In this document: piece by piece, positions 10,517 through 20,538 of the stretch
How positions within the stretch are numbered: the stretch's first letter is position 1
Layout of the letters: each line of letters starts with the position of its first letter
Assembly: GCA_041697335.1 (NCBI GenBank)
Contig: JBGUGD010000025.1
Coordinates: 1 to 64,000, forward strand
Reading direction: 5' to 3'
From: Vampirovibrionaceae bacterium NZW_1234
Lineage (GTDB): Bacteria; Cyanobacteriota; Vampirovibrionia; Vampirovibrionales; JAGQHJ01
Length of the DNA stretch: 64,000 nt
The notes under the pieces: model-generated
Told to the model about the DNA's origin: nothing
The model's input: only the letters and a program-made list of their open reading frames with translations
Database searches by the model: none
Position numbers and translations under genes: made by a program

Positions 10517-11437
10517 TTATTCAGTCCCCTTCGTTTCACCAGGGGGAACCAACGGCGACGGGTCCGGAAGCTTTTCCAGCAGACTTTTGGCAATCGCTTC
10601 TGCCTTGGGATCGATTGGGATCTGGCGGAAGTTCTCGAGCTGTTTTTTTACCATTGTTGCCGTTTCTCTGGCAGAGAGTGAAAAATAGGAGGCATATCCT
10701 CTGAGTGTGCCGGAGCGCTGCTGAACCTGGAGTGCTCCGAGACGTTTCAGGAGTCCTTGATAATAACGTTGGACGAGATTATGTTCGGTACCCCAATACA
10801 GAGCACGCCCCGGATTCTGAGCGAGCGCGGTTGTCACTAATGCTTCCACCAATCCTTGAAATCGCCCGTTGAGGGGTGGGGGTGGCTGAAGGTTATTGGC
10901 ATAGCGATCCCGTCTGTTCCAGTAGGGCACCTCTAAACTGTGAAGCTCAACGCTGAAGGGATATCGGGTTGCCTGGATGACGCCGGCTACTTTTCCGTTC
11001 ACCATTCGGTCGCCTTCCCGATGTCCTCCCACCGTGATGACATAGGTCCGGTTTCGTTCAACGAGATGTGCTATTCGGGTGACCAGGTGAAGTGCTTTTC
11101 TTAAGGGCCAGGGCAGAGTTTGCACCCTGTCATGATGACGAGCCAAAAACTTGGCATCAAACCTGAGCCGATCGGAAAAGGTTTGTTGATAAGGCGGGCC
11201 GGCATCACTCCAGTGCGAAAAAATGGTTTCCAGCCGTTTGTAATCATCAGGTTCAACCTCCCAGACCTGCGCGGGCACATACCCGCTGGTCCCCGATGAC
11301 ACAAAACGGACCGGAACGTCATTGCAGAGAATGGCGCCAAAACGCATGGCGGAATTCGATGGGACCAAAGTTGAGCAATGTGGAAGTGACAGCTGCAATG
11401 GGAGAGACCTCTGTGGCCAGCTGAAGTTAACCTGCAA
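10517..11437 (-). CDS. Hypothetical protein with RFG leader, possible GNAT-like fold
   Basis: VAGVIQ...VELHSLEV...FQGLVEALV...YYQGL pattern resembles GNAT motifs A/B. Confidence 0.6.
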   Translation of the reverse strand: MQVNFSWPQRSLPLQLSLPHCSTLVPSNSAMRFGAILCNDVPVRFVSSGTSGYVPAQVWEVEPDDYKRLETIFSHWSDAGPPYQQTFSDRLRFDAKFLARHHDRVQTLPWPLRKALHLVTRIAHLVERNRTYVITVGGHREGDRMVNGKVAGVIQATRYPFSVELHSLEVPYWNRRDRYANNLQPPPPLNGRFQGLVEALVTTALAQNPGRALYWGTEHNLVQRYYQGLLKRLGALQVQQRSGTLRGYASYFSLSARETATMVKKQLENFRQIPIDPKAEAIAKSLLEKLPDPSPLVPPGETKGTE

Positions 11438-11690
11438 CAGTAAACGCCAAACAACACTCGAAATTGACTCCCAACTCCGCTACTGAGTTTCAATAGCGCG
11501 TGTCGGGGATCGCTTATCTTGTTACAAAGTTAATAAATTAACAAAAAATTTATTATTGATTGTTTTTATAAATACAAATGGATTCGTCGTACGGAGGTTT
11601 CGCTTCTCATCTCTCCTGTCTTCCGTACGGGGCTCTCTGAGCCAATTCCCATGAGCAATCGTAAAGAGTTTAGAGTTAGGAGTTTCGCCG

Positions 11691-12434
11691 ATGTTTTCAC
11701 CAACAGCTTTTCAACCGCAACGATCTTTTTTGCCCCCGCCAACGGGTCGTATTTCGCGATTTGATGATATTGCCGCCCGTATTGCTGCGCATGATGTTTT
11801 GATGAACGGCAATATGAACGGGACCATCTATTATCAAACGTTGTTCAACCCCAAAGGCAGTGGTCAGGGTGAAGTGTTCCTGAGTGATCCTGAACGTGCC
11901 TCGGTATTTATGAACATGCTTCAGCGGGATTATTACGATGATGGTGTCGTCAATGGTTCGGCTCAGCGCAAAGTAGTTGTGGATAACTACTACAACACCA
12001 CAGGCCATTATCTGGCACCCATTATGAATGCTCCGTTGCGTCCGGCGGATACCAGCTATGAAGCTATCTTCAAGCCGGGACTCAGCAATCGGGATCCTGA
12101 TTTCCTGCAAAAGCAGATGCAGTATGCCGGATTAAATGCAACCCAATTGGGTGCTTACGCACTGTGGGGGCACGCAGCCGGACAAAATGGCTTCTTGACG
12201 GATCAAAACGTTCGCCCGTTTTTGGCCAACAGCTATAGCAATCCCCAGGCGATCGACTATCGTATGATTCAGTCTTCTCCGGAAATCAAGCGCTATGTCG
12301 AGAACCTGTACTGGAGTCAGAGCCCGGCACAAGGCCTGAATAACGGGTTCCTGAGCGCCATGGAAAAGGTCTTTAATTTACCCGGGCAACTGGTCCGAGG
12401 CCCGCAACCTCGTCCTTTGACATCGTTTAGCTAA
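11691..12434 (+). CDS. Hypothetical protein
   Basis: 247-aa ORF, AGGAG RBS, downstream terminator. Confidence 0.75.
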   Translation: MFSPTAFQPQRSFLPPPTGRISRFDDIAARIAAHDVLMNGNMNGTIYYQTLFNPKGSGQGEVFLSDPERASVFMNMLQRDYYDDGVVNGSAQRKVVVDNYYNTTGHYLAPIMNAPLRPADTSYEAIFKPGLSNRDPDFLQKQMQYAGLNATQLGAYALWGHAAGQNGFLTDQNVRPFLANSYSNPQAIDYRMIQSSPEIKRYVENLYWSQSPAQGLNNGFLSAMEKVFNLPGQLVRGPQPRPLTSFS

Positions 12435-12487
12435 GGCTTTTCAGTGCCTCATAGGCACTCCGGATATTCTTCTCTTTATGATTTGAA

Positions 12488-12524
12488 CCCACCCAGGGTT
12501 TACTCTGGGCTGGGTCTTTTTTTT
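12488..12524 (+). terminator. Rho-independent terminator
   Basis: ACCCACCCAGGG-TTTA-CTCTGGGCTGGGT followed by a T8 tract. Confidence 0.7.
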
Positions 12525-12641
12525 GGTTTCACCGTGATAAAGCCGAGTGATCACGAGGGCAGATCTCTCTACGGCCTACGGCTATCCTGAAGAAGGAGAA
12601 TCCTCGATCTGATGGGAAGGCCTCGTGATTTTGGGACAGTC

Positions 12642-13142
12642 TTATTCTGCTTCCGGGGGGATACTGCTGTGAACGGAGCCGGGTTGATGCTGCGTCAGGA
12701 TATCTTCCAAGGTGACACCCAGGGCAGAGGAGGCCTGATGCGGAGCTGTGGGATCGGTTTTTTTGAATTTTTCAGACAAACGGCTCCACAATCTGGGTTT
12801 GTCCGGTTTTTGTTGACTCGCATGGACGGAAACCGTTGAGTGTACCGGCAATTGGTAGACACGCTGGTAGACCTTTTTCAGGTGTCTGGGCAAGTCGTCG
12901 TAGCGGACTTGGGCAACCTGCTCCAGGGGCAATGGCAATCGTGGTGAAACATCGTTTTGAAAGAGCGACATCGGGAGGGCCAATTGCAGGAAGTTGGGCT
13001 GGGTGAGCATCACTCCCTGATGAACGGCATGGGTTGGGGACACCAATACCAGGGTGGTGGCAAAGGCGGCGGTCAGTATCATGGCTTTTTGAGATAATCC
13101 GGTCCACCCGGACAGTCGATCTCGCATAATCCTCACTCTCAA
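12642..13142 (-). CDS. Hypothetical exported protein
   Basis: Signal-like segment ILTAAFATTLVLVSPTHA. Confidence 0.55.
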   Translation of the reverse strand: MRVRIMRDRLSGWTGLSQKAMILTAAFATTLVLVSPTHAVHQGVMLTQPNFLQLALPMSLFQNDVSPRLPLPLEQVAQVRYDDLPRHLKKVYQRVYQLPVHSTVSVHASQQKPDKPRLWSRLSEKFKKTDPTAPHQASSALGVTLEDILTQHQPGSVHSSIPPEAE

Positions 13143-13341
13143 AATGATAAGGGTTTTTCTAGCGCATTCATACGGCCCCCATAAATCCCAAGGAGGGATA
13201 TAAACCCTTTTAGTATCAACACACCTGAGTAAAGAAGGGGCCTACTCCTATCATAATCATAATGGATCTGAAAGCAACGGTCGCCATCTAATCAGAGGAG
13301 GCGAGGCCATGGTGACGTTGAATATAGGATGCTTTAATAGA

Positions 13342-14088
13342 TTATTGGGTTAACCGGGGATTGTCCTGGTGTGAGGGTTTACACAAGGATTTGGCCTGAT
13401 CCAGGGTATTCAAAAATTGATTTGGGTTTTCCAGTTGGGTGCCCAGACGGATGTGGGCAATGTTGTGGGTAAACACCCGATCTTGCATGTTTTTCCAGTA
13501 TTGGCAGTCTCCCGTACAGGAGGTTGCATAGACCTGGGTGGTGAAGGTGGATTTGGGAGGGAGGTCTATCACCAGGTCACCCTGGCTGATACGGGCTGAA
13601 AGTTTTGCGAGATCCAGGGGAATCACGCCGAAGCTGCGGGTCATCGACTGGAAGTTCACGTTCGTGCCGCTGTAACGTGTGCTGGCATCGATTTTGGGCG
13701 TGAAATTCAAATGACACAGATCCTGTGTCGGCAAGATGGAATAGGAGCGCAAGAGATAGGATAAGCCATGATCATGGCGGACACGGGGATAGAGAACCGT
13801 TTTGGCATCACTGTAAAGTACCGGTCTGTTGGTGGCGGTGTTCAGTTTTTCATAGAGCCAGTTGATGGTTTCCTGAAGAGAAGGTTTGCTGTCCACCGGC
13901 GGGACAGGCGGCTTTTTGAGAACAGGGGATTTATAGGGTGAGGATGAGAAGGCAGGACCAGAAAGGCCGGAGAGCAGCATGAGACAAAGCCCCAGAGTCA
14001 AGGCGATCCCATATCGAGATCGAATTCTGCTACTCATCTGCATTGTCTTGGACTCTCCTCCGTTCGTGTTTCCTGCTCTCTTTCCCAA
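13342..14088 (-). CDS. Hypothetical exported protein (true start probably near 14044)
   Basis: Signal peptide YGIALTLGLCLMLLSGLSGPAFS, GGAG RBS before MQMSS. Confidence 0.7.
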   Translation of the reverse strand: MGKRAGNTNGGESKTMQMSSRIRSRYGIALTLGLCLMLLSGLSGPAFSSSPYKSPVLKKPPVPPVDSKPSLQETINWLYEKLNTATNRPVLYSDAKTVLYPRVRHDHGLSYLLRSYSILPTQDLCHLNFTPKIDASTRYSGTNVNFQSMTRSFGVIPLDLAKLSARISQGDLVIDLPPKSTFTTQVYATSCTGDCQYWKNMQDRVFTHNIAHIRLGTQLENPNQFLNTLDQAKSLCKPSHQDNPRLTQ

Positions 14089-14111
14089 TAACCCTTGAGT
14101 TCGTCGCTAAA

Positions 14112-15410
14112 TCATTCGTTTAAATTCAGTTGCCGAAATGCATTTATGGTTTGGTCGATATCCGCCTCGGTATGAGCCAGCGAAACAAAGCCTGCTTCGA
14201 AGGCTGATGGAGCCAGATAGACGCCCTGCTTCAACATACCGTGGAAGAATCGATTAAACCGTTCTTTATCACTCTTGAGCACATCGTCATAGTTCCGGAT
14301 GGTGTGCTCGGCAAAAAATAACGTGAACATGGAACCCACTTGGGTGGTTGTGACCGAGAGACCTTTTTCTTGGGCAACGCTGGCAAGGCCTGACATCAAT
14401 CGGGTTGTATTGGCCTCCAGGGTCTCGTACACCCCTTCTTCCTGTAACAATAGCAAGGTTTCAATGCCGGCTCCCATGGCCAAGGGATTGCCGGAAAGGG
14501 TGCCTGCCTGATACATCGGACCGGCAGGTGCCACGGTGTTCATAATGTCTTGGGAAGCACCATACGCCCCAACCGGGAGACCTCCTCCCACGATTTTACC
14601 CAGAGTGGTAATGTCGGGAAGAACACCATAAAGCTGCTGGGCACCGCCGTAGGCGACCCGGAAGCCGGTCATGACTTCATCAAAAATCAACAAGGCATGG
14701 TATTGGTCTGCCAGATTGCGAAGCCCTTGCAGGAATCCGGGCTCAGGTGGAATACAACCCATATTGCCGGCAACAGGCTCGACCAGAATGGCCGCAATGC
14801 TGTCGGGGAATTGCTGAAATAATGCGTCTACGGAAGCGAGGTTGTTGAAGTCGGCTAAAAGCGTATTTTCGGTCGCCCCTTGGGGAACTCCCGGGCTGTC
14901 GGGAATGCCCAGGGTCAAGGCACCGGAGCCGGCCTTCACCAGAAGATCGTCGCTATGCCCGTGGTAGCAGCCGGTAAATTTTACAATCCGATCACGCCCC
15001 GTGTAGGCTCGCGCCAGACGAATGGCACTCATCACGGCCTCTGTTCCGGAGTTGACGAAGCGCACCATCTCGATGGACGGAACCGCTTGAATGACGAGTT
15101 CGGCCAGTTCCGATTCCAGTAATGTGGGAGCGCCGTAGCTGGTGCCCCGCTCGGCTAAGGTTTTTAAGCGATCCACGACTGTGGGATGGGCGTGTCCTAA
15201 GATCATCGGCCCCCAGGAACCCACATAATCAATATACTTGTTCCCATCAACGTCCCAAAGATAAGCCCCCTTTGCCTGGTCGATAAAAACAGGTGTTCCA
15301 CCCACGGAACGAAAGGCCCTGACCGGGCTGTTCACGCCACCGGGCATCAGGCGCCGGGCCTGATCAAACAGGAGTTGGGATTGTGTTTGCGTGGAGGATG
15401 CAGTGGGCAT
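14112..15410 (-). CDS. hemL: Glutamate-1-semialdehyde 2,1-aminomutase
   Basis: [37 protein letters not shown]. Confidence 0.98.
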   Translation of the reverse strand: MPTASSTQTQSQLLFDQARRLMPGGVNSPVRAFRSVGGTPVFIDQAKGAYLWDVDGNKYIDYVGSWGPMILGHAHPTVVDRLKTLAERGTSYGAPTLLESELAELVIQAVPSIEMVRFVNSGTEAVMSAIRLARAYTGRDRIVKFTGCYHGHSDDLLVKAGSGALTLGIPDSPGVPQGATENTLLADFNNLASVDALFQQFPDSIAAILVEPVAGNMGCIPPEPGFLQGLRNLADQYHALLIFDEVMTGFRVAYGGAQQLYGVLPDITTLGKIVGGGLPVGAYGASQDIMNTVAPAGPMYQAGTLSGNPLAMGAGIETLLLLQEEGVYETLEANTTRLMSGLASVAQEKGLSVTTTQVGSMFTLFFAEHTIRNYDDVLKSDKERFNRFFHGMLKQGVYLAPSAFEAGFVSLAHTEADIDQTINAFRQLNLNE

Positions 15411-15744
15411 AACAGGGATCCTTCTATCTTCCTAACTAGCTTCCTGACCTTGCATTTTAGGTCGGAAGTGATTGTTCTCAGGGCTTGACCCGGGTGCTTT
15501 GCCGGAAATCATTCGGGGCCGGTCAAGCATCCAGATTAACGACGACATTATTATACGTCGAACTGGGATTCCCTGCATGGCAATTCCGGATACAACCATT
15601 GACTTTCTAAACCACCATGGCTTTAATGGAGAGGAGGCAGGCGGGGATGAACCGGTTCCGGCGCATTAGAGAGCGTATTGGTTCAGGAACCATGAACCCG
15701 CAAAGCAACCCCGGTTATGGGGTGGCGCAAGGAGGACTTATCCA

Positions 15745-16803
15745 ATGTCCCGGACATTACCCTGGGAACCCATCATTACGATTGAGCAGGCTGGCATCCC
15801 CGAGATTACGCTGTATGGGACGGTTTCCATCTGGAGTCGGCGTCAGCAATCGGTCGTGTCCGTGGGCAATACCATGGCCTCTGTTTGGACCCATGAAATC
15901 CTGGCTCCTTGGTTGTTGGCGTGTCAGTACCCGATTCTTAAGGCGGCTTATCCCCAATTGCAGGCCAAGCATTTTGCCCTCATGATGTCCTCCCATAACG
16001 GTGAGGCCCTGCATCGGGATTTGCTCCATGAGATTCTACTGATTGGCAATCTCCTGCCTTCGGATTTAAAATGTCCGGCCCGCTATCCGAATTTTGGGCT
16101 TGCGGAAGCGGAGGTTCGCTATAGCGGGAGCAAGGCCAGTGCCATCTACCATCCCAACAGCGGCAGGCACCTGGCGATGTTACTCACCCTGAAGGCCCAG
16201 GGACAGCCCATTGATAATTATCTTGATCCGGCTCATGAGCCTTACCAAACCTTAAAGCATCTGTTGCGATGGCTCCTGGGGAATGAACAACTGATTCTGG
16301 AAACGGCTTTGGACAGCTGCGGTATGCCCATGCTGGCCCTGACGGCCCAGGATATTGCCAAGCTCTATCAATCGCTGCTTCAAGGTGTCCCTGAGGAAAA
16401 CTGGCTCTCTGTGCCATCGGCCCTTGCGCCTGTGGTACACGGACTTTCTGAAATTACGATGATCATTCGGCAGTACCCCTATCTGCTTGGCGGAACCGAC
16501 CGTCTGGATACACTGATGACCTCGGGACAATACGCTGTCAGGAATAATCTGATTCTGCTGGCCAAAGAAAGCCTTCAAGGCGGCATGATGGCGATTGGAA
16601 CATCCCCGTTTCATCAATTCCCCGTAGGCATCGGTGTCTTTATCAAGCTCGCCTCTGCCTATCATCCCCTTCACCTGGAGCTTCTGTCGGATGCCATTTT
16701 CGAGTCCTTTAATCTGAAGGCCCCTGAACTGACGGCCGTTGAACATGGGGATACCACGATTACCCGCCTGCATTTTGCATTGCCTGTACCGCAACGAATC
16801 TAG
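15745..16803 (+). CDS. Asparaginase II (Rhizobium etli-type) homolog with degenerate active site
   Basis: SSHNGE, HPNSGRH (for NCSGKH), DSCG, RLDT; RSxxK absent. Confidence 0.75.
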   Translation: MSRTLPWEPIITIEQAGIPEITLYGTVSIWSRRQQSVVSVGNTMASVWTHEILAPWLLACQYPILKAAYPQLQAKHFALMMSSHNGEALHRDLLHEILLIGNLLPSDLKCPARYPNFGLAEAEVRYSGSKASAIYHPNSGRHLAMLLTLKAQGQPIDNYLDPAHEPYQTLKHLLRWLLGNEQLILETALDSCGMPMLALTAQDIAKLYQSLLQGVPEENWLSVPSALAPVVHGLSEITMIIRQYPYLLGGTDRLDTLMTSGQYAVRNNLILLAKESLQGGMMAIGTSPFHQFPVGIGVFIKLASAYHPLHLELLSDAIFESFNLKAPELTAVEHGDTTITRLHFALPVPQRI

Positions 16804-16881
16804 GGTGGCTGAAGGACGAATATGGATGCTCGCCGGGATACAATGACGACATGATGCCAGGGTAAGCAGAGCCGGAGAGCG

Positions 16882-17823
16882 ATGACTTCAGATCAGTTGG
16901 TTCAAACCCATCACGGGACTTCATTAGGTCAATATGAGGCCTATACGCTCCTGGATTGTGAAACATGCGGGTTTATACATGTGAATCCCCTGCCTACATG
17001 TGAGACGTTGAAGGCGGTGTATGACGAACAGTTTTACGCAGACGACAAGCCTGATTACCTTTTAAAGGAAGAAAAAGAACATCCATACTGGTGTTCGGCC
17101 TTGTATCAGCCCCGGTATGCTCGCTTCGAATCACTTTTATCGGTTTCAGGCTCCTCAGAAAAGGTCATTTTGGACATTGGGTGCTCCGGCGGTTTTTTTC
17201 TGCGCTACGGCCAAGAGCATGGTTGGCGCGTGTTGGGTGTTGAGCCCGGACGCCAGGCCGCTGCCTATGCCCGGGAGGTCAGTCGGATAGATGTGATTGA
17301 AGGCTATTTTCAGGATTTACCTCTTGAAGCACATCAAAACACGTATGATGTGGTCCATCTGCGTCATGTCCTGGAGCATTTGCCCAACCCTCAAGAGCTC
17401 TGCAACTTGGCTTACAAGGTTCTCAAGCCGGGTGGTCTGATTTGTATTGATGTTCCCAACGATTTTAACCCGCTGCAAAAGCTGTTACAGGATGAGCTTG
17501 GTTATGCGCCTTATTGGGTGGCGATTCCGCATCATTTGAATTATTTCAACCGAGATTCACTCACCCGGCTGCTTCACCGGTATGACTTTGAGGTGGTGTC
17601 TGAAGAGGTGTCCTTCCCCATGGAATTTTTTCTATTGATGGGGGATAACTATGTCGGCAACGAGACCTTGGGGCAAGCATGCCACCAAAAGCGGATGCTG
17701 TTTGAGCAGAATCTGGATATGACCCCGGAAGGCCGCCAGTTTCGAGAAAACCTGTATGCCTTTCTGGCGTCTCAGAACGTGGGGCGAACCATTACTTTGT
17801 ACGCGCGTAAGCCCTTGTCCTAA
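16882..17823 (+). CDS. Class I SAM-dependent methyltransferase
   Basis: CETCG, ILDIGCSGG, HVLEH, LKPGG, PHHLNYF. Confidence 0.9.
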   Translation: MTSDQLVQTHHGTSLGQYEAYTLLDCETCGFIHVNPLPTCETLKAVYDEQFYADDKPDYLLKEEKEHPYWCSALYQPRYARFESLLSVSGSSEKVILDIGCSGGFFLRYGQEHGWRVLGVEPGRQAAAYAREVSRIDVIEGYFQDLPLEAHQNTYDVVHLRHVLEHLPNPQELCNLAYKVLKPGGLICIDVPNDFNPLQKLLQDELGYAPYWVAIPHHLNYFNRDSLTRLLHRYDFEVVSEEVSFPMEFFLLMGDNYVGNETLGQACHQKRMLFEQNLDMTPEGRQFRENLYAFLASQNVGRTITLYARKPLS

Positions 17824-17953
17824 CCATCAGCTTGCTGGGAACACGCCGGGTTGAGCGGAGTCATTCATTGAAGACAGGTGGCGGCTGGTCTATAATCGGT
17901 GCAGGCGCTTGTCTGGTAAACGACCATAACGCCGGATACAAGGAGTCCCACCT

Positions 17954-20275
17954 GTGCTGAATCGATTGTTGGCCTTTCTCGTTTTGATTTGTTTTGTTGT
18001 GGGTGGCTATGTGGCCTACACGGCCGTTACCTTGCCCAATGTCAAGCGAGCCCTGGAAACCGGGATTGAACCCTCTCAGACCTCACAGATTCTGGCCAGT
18101 GACCGCTCGGTCATTATGTCTTATGGCAAGTACCAGCATAAGCCCATGACCCTGGATCAGATGCCCCAGGCGCTAATCGATGCGTTGCTCAGTACGGAAG
18201 ACCGGCGGTTCTTTCAACACAAGGGAATTGACCCCATTGGAACGGGGCGGGCGTTATTCCGTGATATTGCCCGTCGTGGTGCCCATGAAGGCGGAAGTAC
18301 CATTACCCAGCAGTTGGCGCGCAATATCTTTTTGTCCCACGAGCGTTCTGTTCAGCGCAAGATTCGTGAAGCTTTGCTGGCGATTAAGTTGGAGCAACAG
18401 CTCACGAAAGAGCAAATCCTCGAGCTGTATCTGAATAATGTTTACTTTGGCGAAGGCGCCTATGGAATCGGGGCTGCCAGTAATATTTATTTTGGCAAGA
18501 ACCCGAGTAAGTTAACCAAGGCCGAGTGTGCCCTGCTTGCAGGTCTGCCTCAGGCACCGTCGCTCTACAGCCCCTTTGCCAACCCGGAGTTGGCGAAGAA
18601 GCGTCGTAATACAGTCATTCAAAACATGCTGAGCCAAGGCAAGATTGACGAAAACGAAGCCAACATTATGCTTCATGCCCCGCTTCGTTTGAATCCCCAA
18701 GGACGGTTGCTTTCCTCTGCGGACAAAGTTCCATTCTTCAATCGCTACGTGATTCAAGATGCCATGAACATCACGGAGACCGATGAACAGTCCTTCTGGC
18801 AACAGGGGATGCGGGTCTACACGACCTTGGATACACGGGCTCAAACCATTGCCGAGCATCAGGTTGTTTCTCTCAACAATGCGTTTGGGCGTACCGGCGC
18901 CAAACAGCAGGCCGCATTATTGTCGGTGGATTCCAAGGGCCGGATTATGGCTTATGTGGGTGGCAAGAATTTCTCCGTCAGTCAGTTCGACCGGGTTTCG
19001 CAAGCCCATCGGGCTGCCGGCTCGCTGTTCAAGATATTTGTTTATACGACAGCCATTGAACGCGGCATTTCACCTCTGACCGTTTATAAGGATGCGGAAA
19101 TCAGTTTTGGTGATTGGAAGCCCCTGAACTACGACAAGCGCTATCACGGGTTTATGACCTTGGCCCAAGCCCTGGCCCAGTCTAACAATATCATTGCCGT
19201 CAAGCTGATTAATGAATTAACGCCCGAGGCCGTGATTCAGATGGCCCAGAAGATGGGTATCCATGCCTCCATGCAGCCGAATCTTGCCTTGGCTTTGGGC
19301 GCTGTTGACGTCAACTTGCTTGAAATGACCGGAGCTTTCAGTACCTTCAGTAATAACGGCGTATTCATACCACCCTATGCTATTGAAAAGATCGTGGATC
19401 GGGATGGGCGGGTCATCTATCAACACCAGCCCGAACAGCATGTGGTTCTCCAGCGAGCTGTTCGCGACACCATGGTGGCGATGATGCAAGGCGTCATTCG
19501 TTATGGTACTGCCAAGGGTGCTGCTTTTGGCAGAGATGCGGCGGGTAAGACTGGAACCAGCGATGATTACCGGGATGCCTGGTTTATTGGCTATACACCC
19601 GAAATGACAACCGGGGTCTGGGTCGGCAACGATGATAATTCACAAATGCCCGGGATCACAGGAGGGTCCCTGCCGGCCCGAATCTGGCGAGCCTACATGT
19701 CTCGGGTTCTCGGCCGTTTGCCTAAACAGTCCTTTGACTTGGCCTATGCCGCCCCAATCGAGGAGAAAGACTTTTTTGTGTATAACCTGGCCAATTTAAG
19801 CACTTCGGAAGGCAAGGCGGCAGAAGAAGGCGGCGAAGTGACCGAAGATGTCGAGTCCGAGCTCCCTGAAAATCCCGAGGGGGGTGTCGAGCAGCGTCTG
19901 GATGAAAACGGCCAGCCCGTCTTGGACAATACGGAAGCTCCCCAGGTTCCTGAAGTCATTGATATCAATACCAATCGTCCCAATTCGACTCCAACCAATG
20001 TGCCTGGACCGGAGCCTGCCACCCCGGTAAGACCACCTAGCGCACAGACTCCCACTACGGGGCCTGGACGTTTTACCACGCCAGCGGCTCAGAGCAGTCC
20101 GCCACCCCGAACCTTGAGTCCTGTCGGGCCTGCCGATCGGCCTGCACGTTTTGGAGCCGAAGCGACCACGGGAACAGGACGAGCCTCCGCTTTTTCCCGC
20201 CCTATTGTAGAGCCGGTATCCAGTGGCCCTCGCTCTATTCCGAAACCACCGCCCCGGGACACACAAGTGGAATAG
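17954..20275 (+). CDS. Class A penicillin-binding protein (PBP1A) with Pro-rich C-tail
   Basis: EDRRFFQH, GGSTITQQL, GSLFK, SNN, KTGT. Confidence 0.96.
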   Translation: MLNRLLAFLVLICFVVGGYVAYTAVTLPNVKRALETGIEPSQTSQILASDRSVIMSYGKYQHKPMTLDQMPQALIDALLSTEDRRFFQHKGIDPIGTGRALFRDIARRGAHEGGSTITQQLARNIFLSHERSVQRKIREALLAIKLEQQLTKEQILELYLNNVYFGEGAYGIGAASNIYFGKNPSKLTKAECALLAGLPQAPSLYSPFANPELAKKRRNTVIQNMLSQGKIDENEANIMLHAPLRLNPQGRLLSSADKVPFFNRYVIQDAMNITETDEQSFWQQGMRVYTTLDTRAQTIAEHQVVSLNNAFGRTGAKQQAALLSVDSKGRIMAYVGGKNFSVSQFDRVSQAHRAAGSLFKIFVYTTAIERGISPLTVYKDAEISFGDWKPLNYDKRYHGFMTLAQALAQSNNIIAVKLINELTPEAVIQMAQKMGIHASMQPNLALALGAVDVNLLEMTGAFSTFSNNGVFIPPYAIEKIVDRDGRVIYQHQPEQHVVLQRAVRDTMVAMMQGVIRYGTAKGAAFGRDAAGKTGTSDDYRDAWFIGYTPEMTTGVWVGNDDNSQMPGITGGSLPARIWRAYMSRVLGRLPKQSFDLAYAAPIEEKDFFVYNLANLSTSEGKAAEEGGEVTEDVESELPENPEGGVEQRLDENGQPVLDNTEAPQVPEVIDINTNRPNSTPTNVPGPEPATPVRPPSAQTPTTGPGRFTTPAAQSSPPPRTLSPVGPADRPARFGAEATTGTGRASAFSRPIVEPVSSGPRSIPKPPPRDTQVE

Positions 20276-20324
20276 ACCTGTTGTTTAGATCCCTAATCCT
20301 CGTTACAATAGGCACAACCCACAT

Positions 20325-20398
20325 GCGCTGTTAGCTCAGCTGGATAGAGTACTTGGCTTCGAACCAAGGGGTCGGGGGTTCGAGTCCCTCACAGCGTA
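20325..20398 (+). tRNA. tRNA-Arg, anticodon TCG (CCA not encoded)
   Basis: Cloverleaf with acceptor GCGCTGT/ACAGCGT, anticodon arm CTTGG-CTTCGAA-CCAAG and T-loop GTTCGAGTC. Confidence 0.93.
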
Positions 20399-20538
20399 AG
20401 TATTCCTCATCACTCCATTTCACATGCCGAGTTTGTTGTAACAAATTCGTTATACATGCACCGGTATTGGCAATTATCTAAAGGATATATTTTTTATTTA
20501 TTATATCTTTTGCTTGAATGTGCCAATAACTGGAGTGT

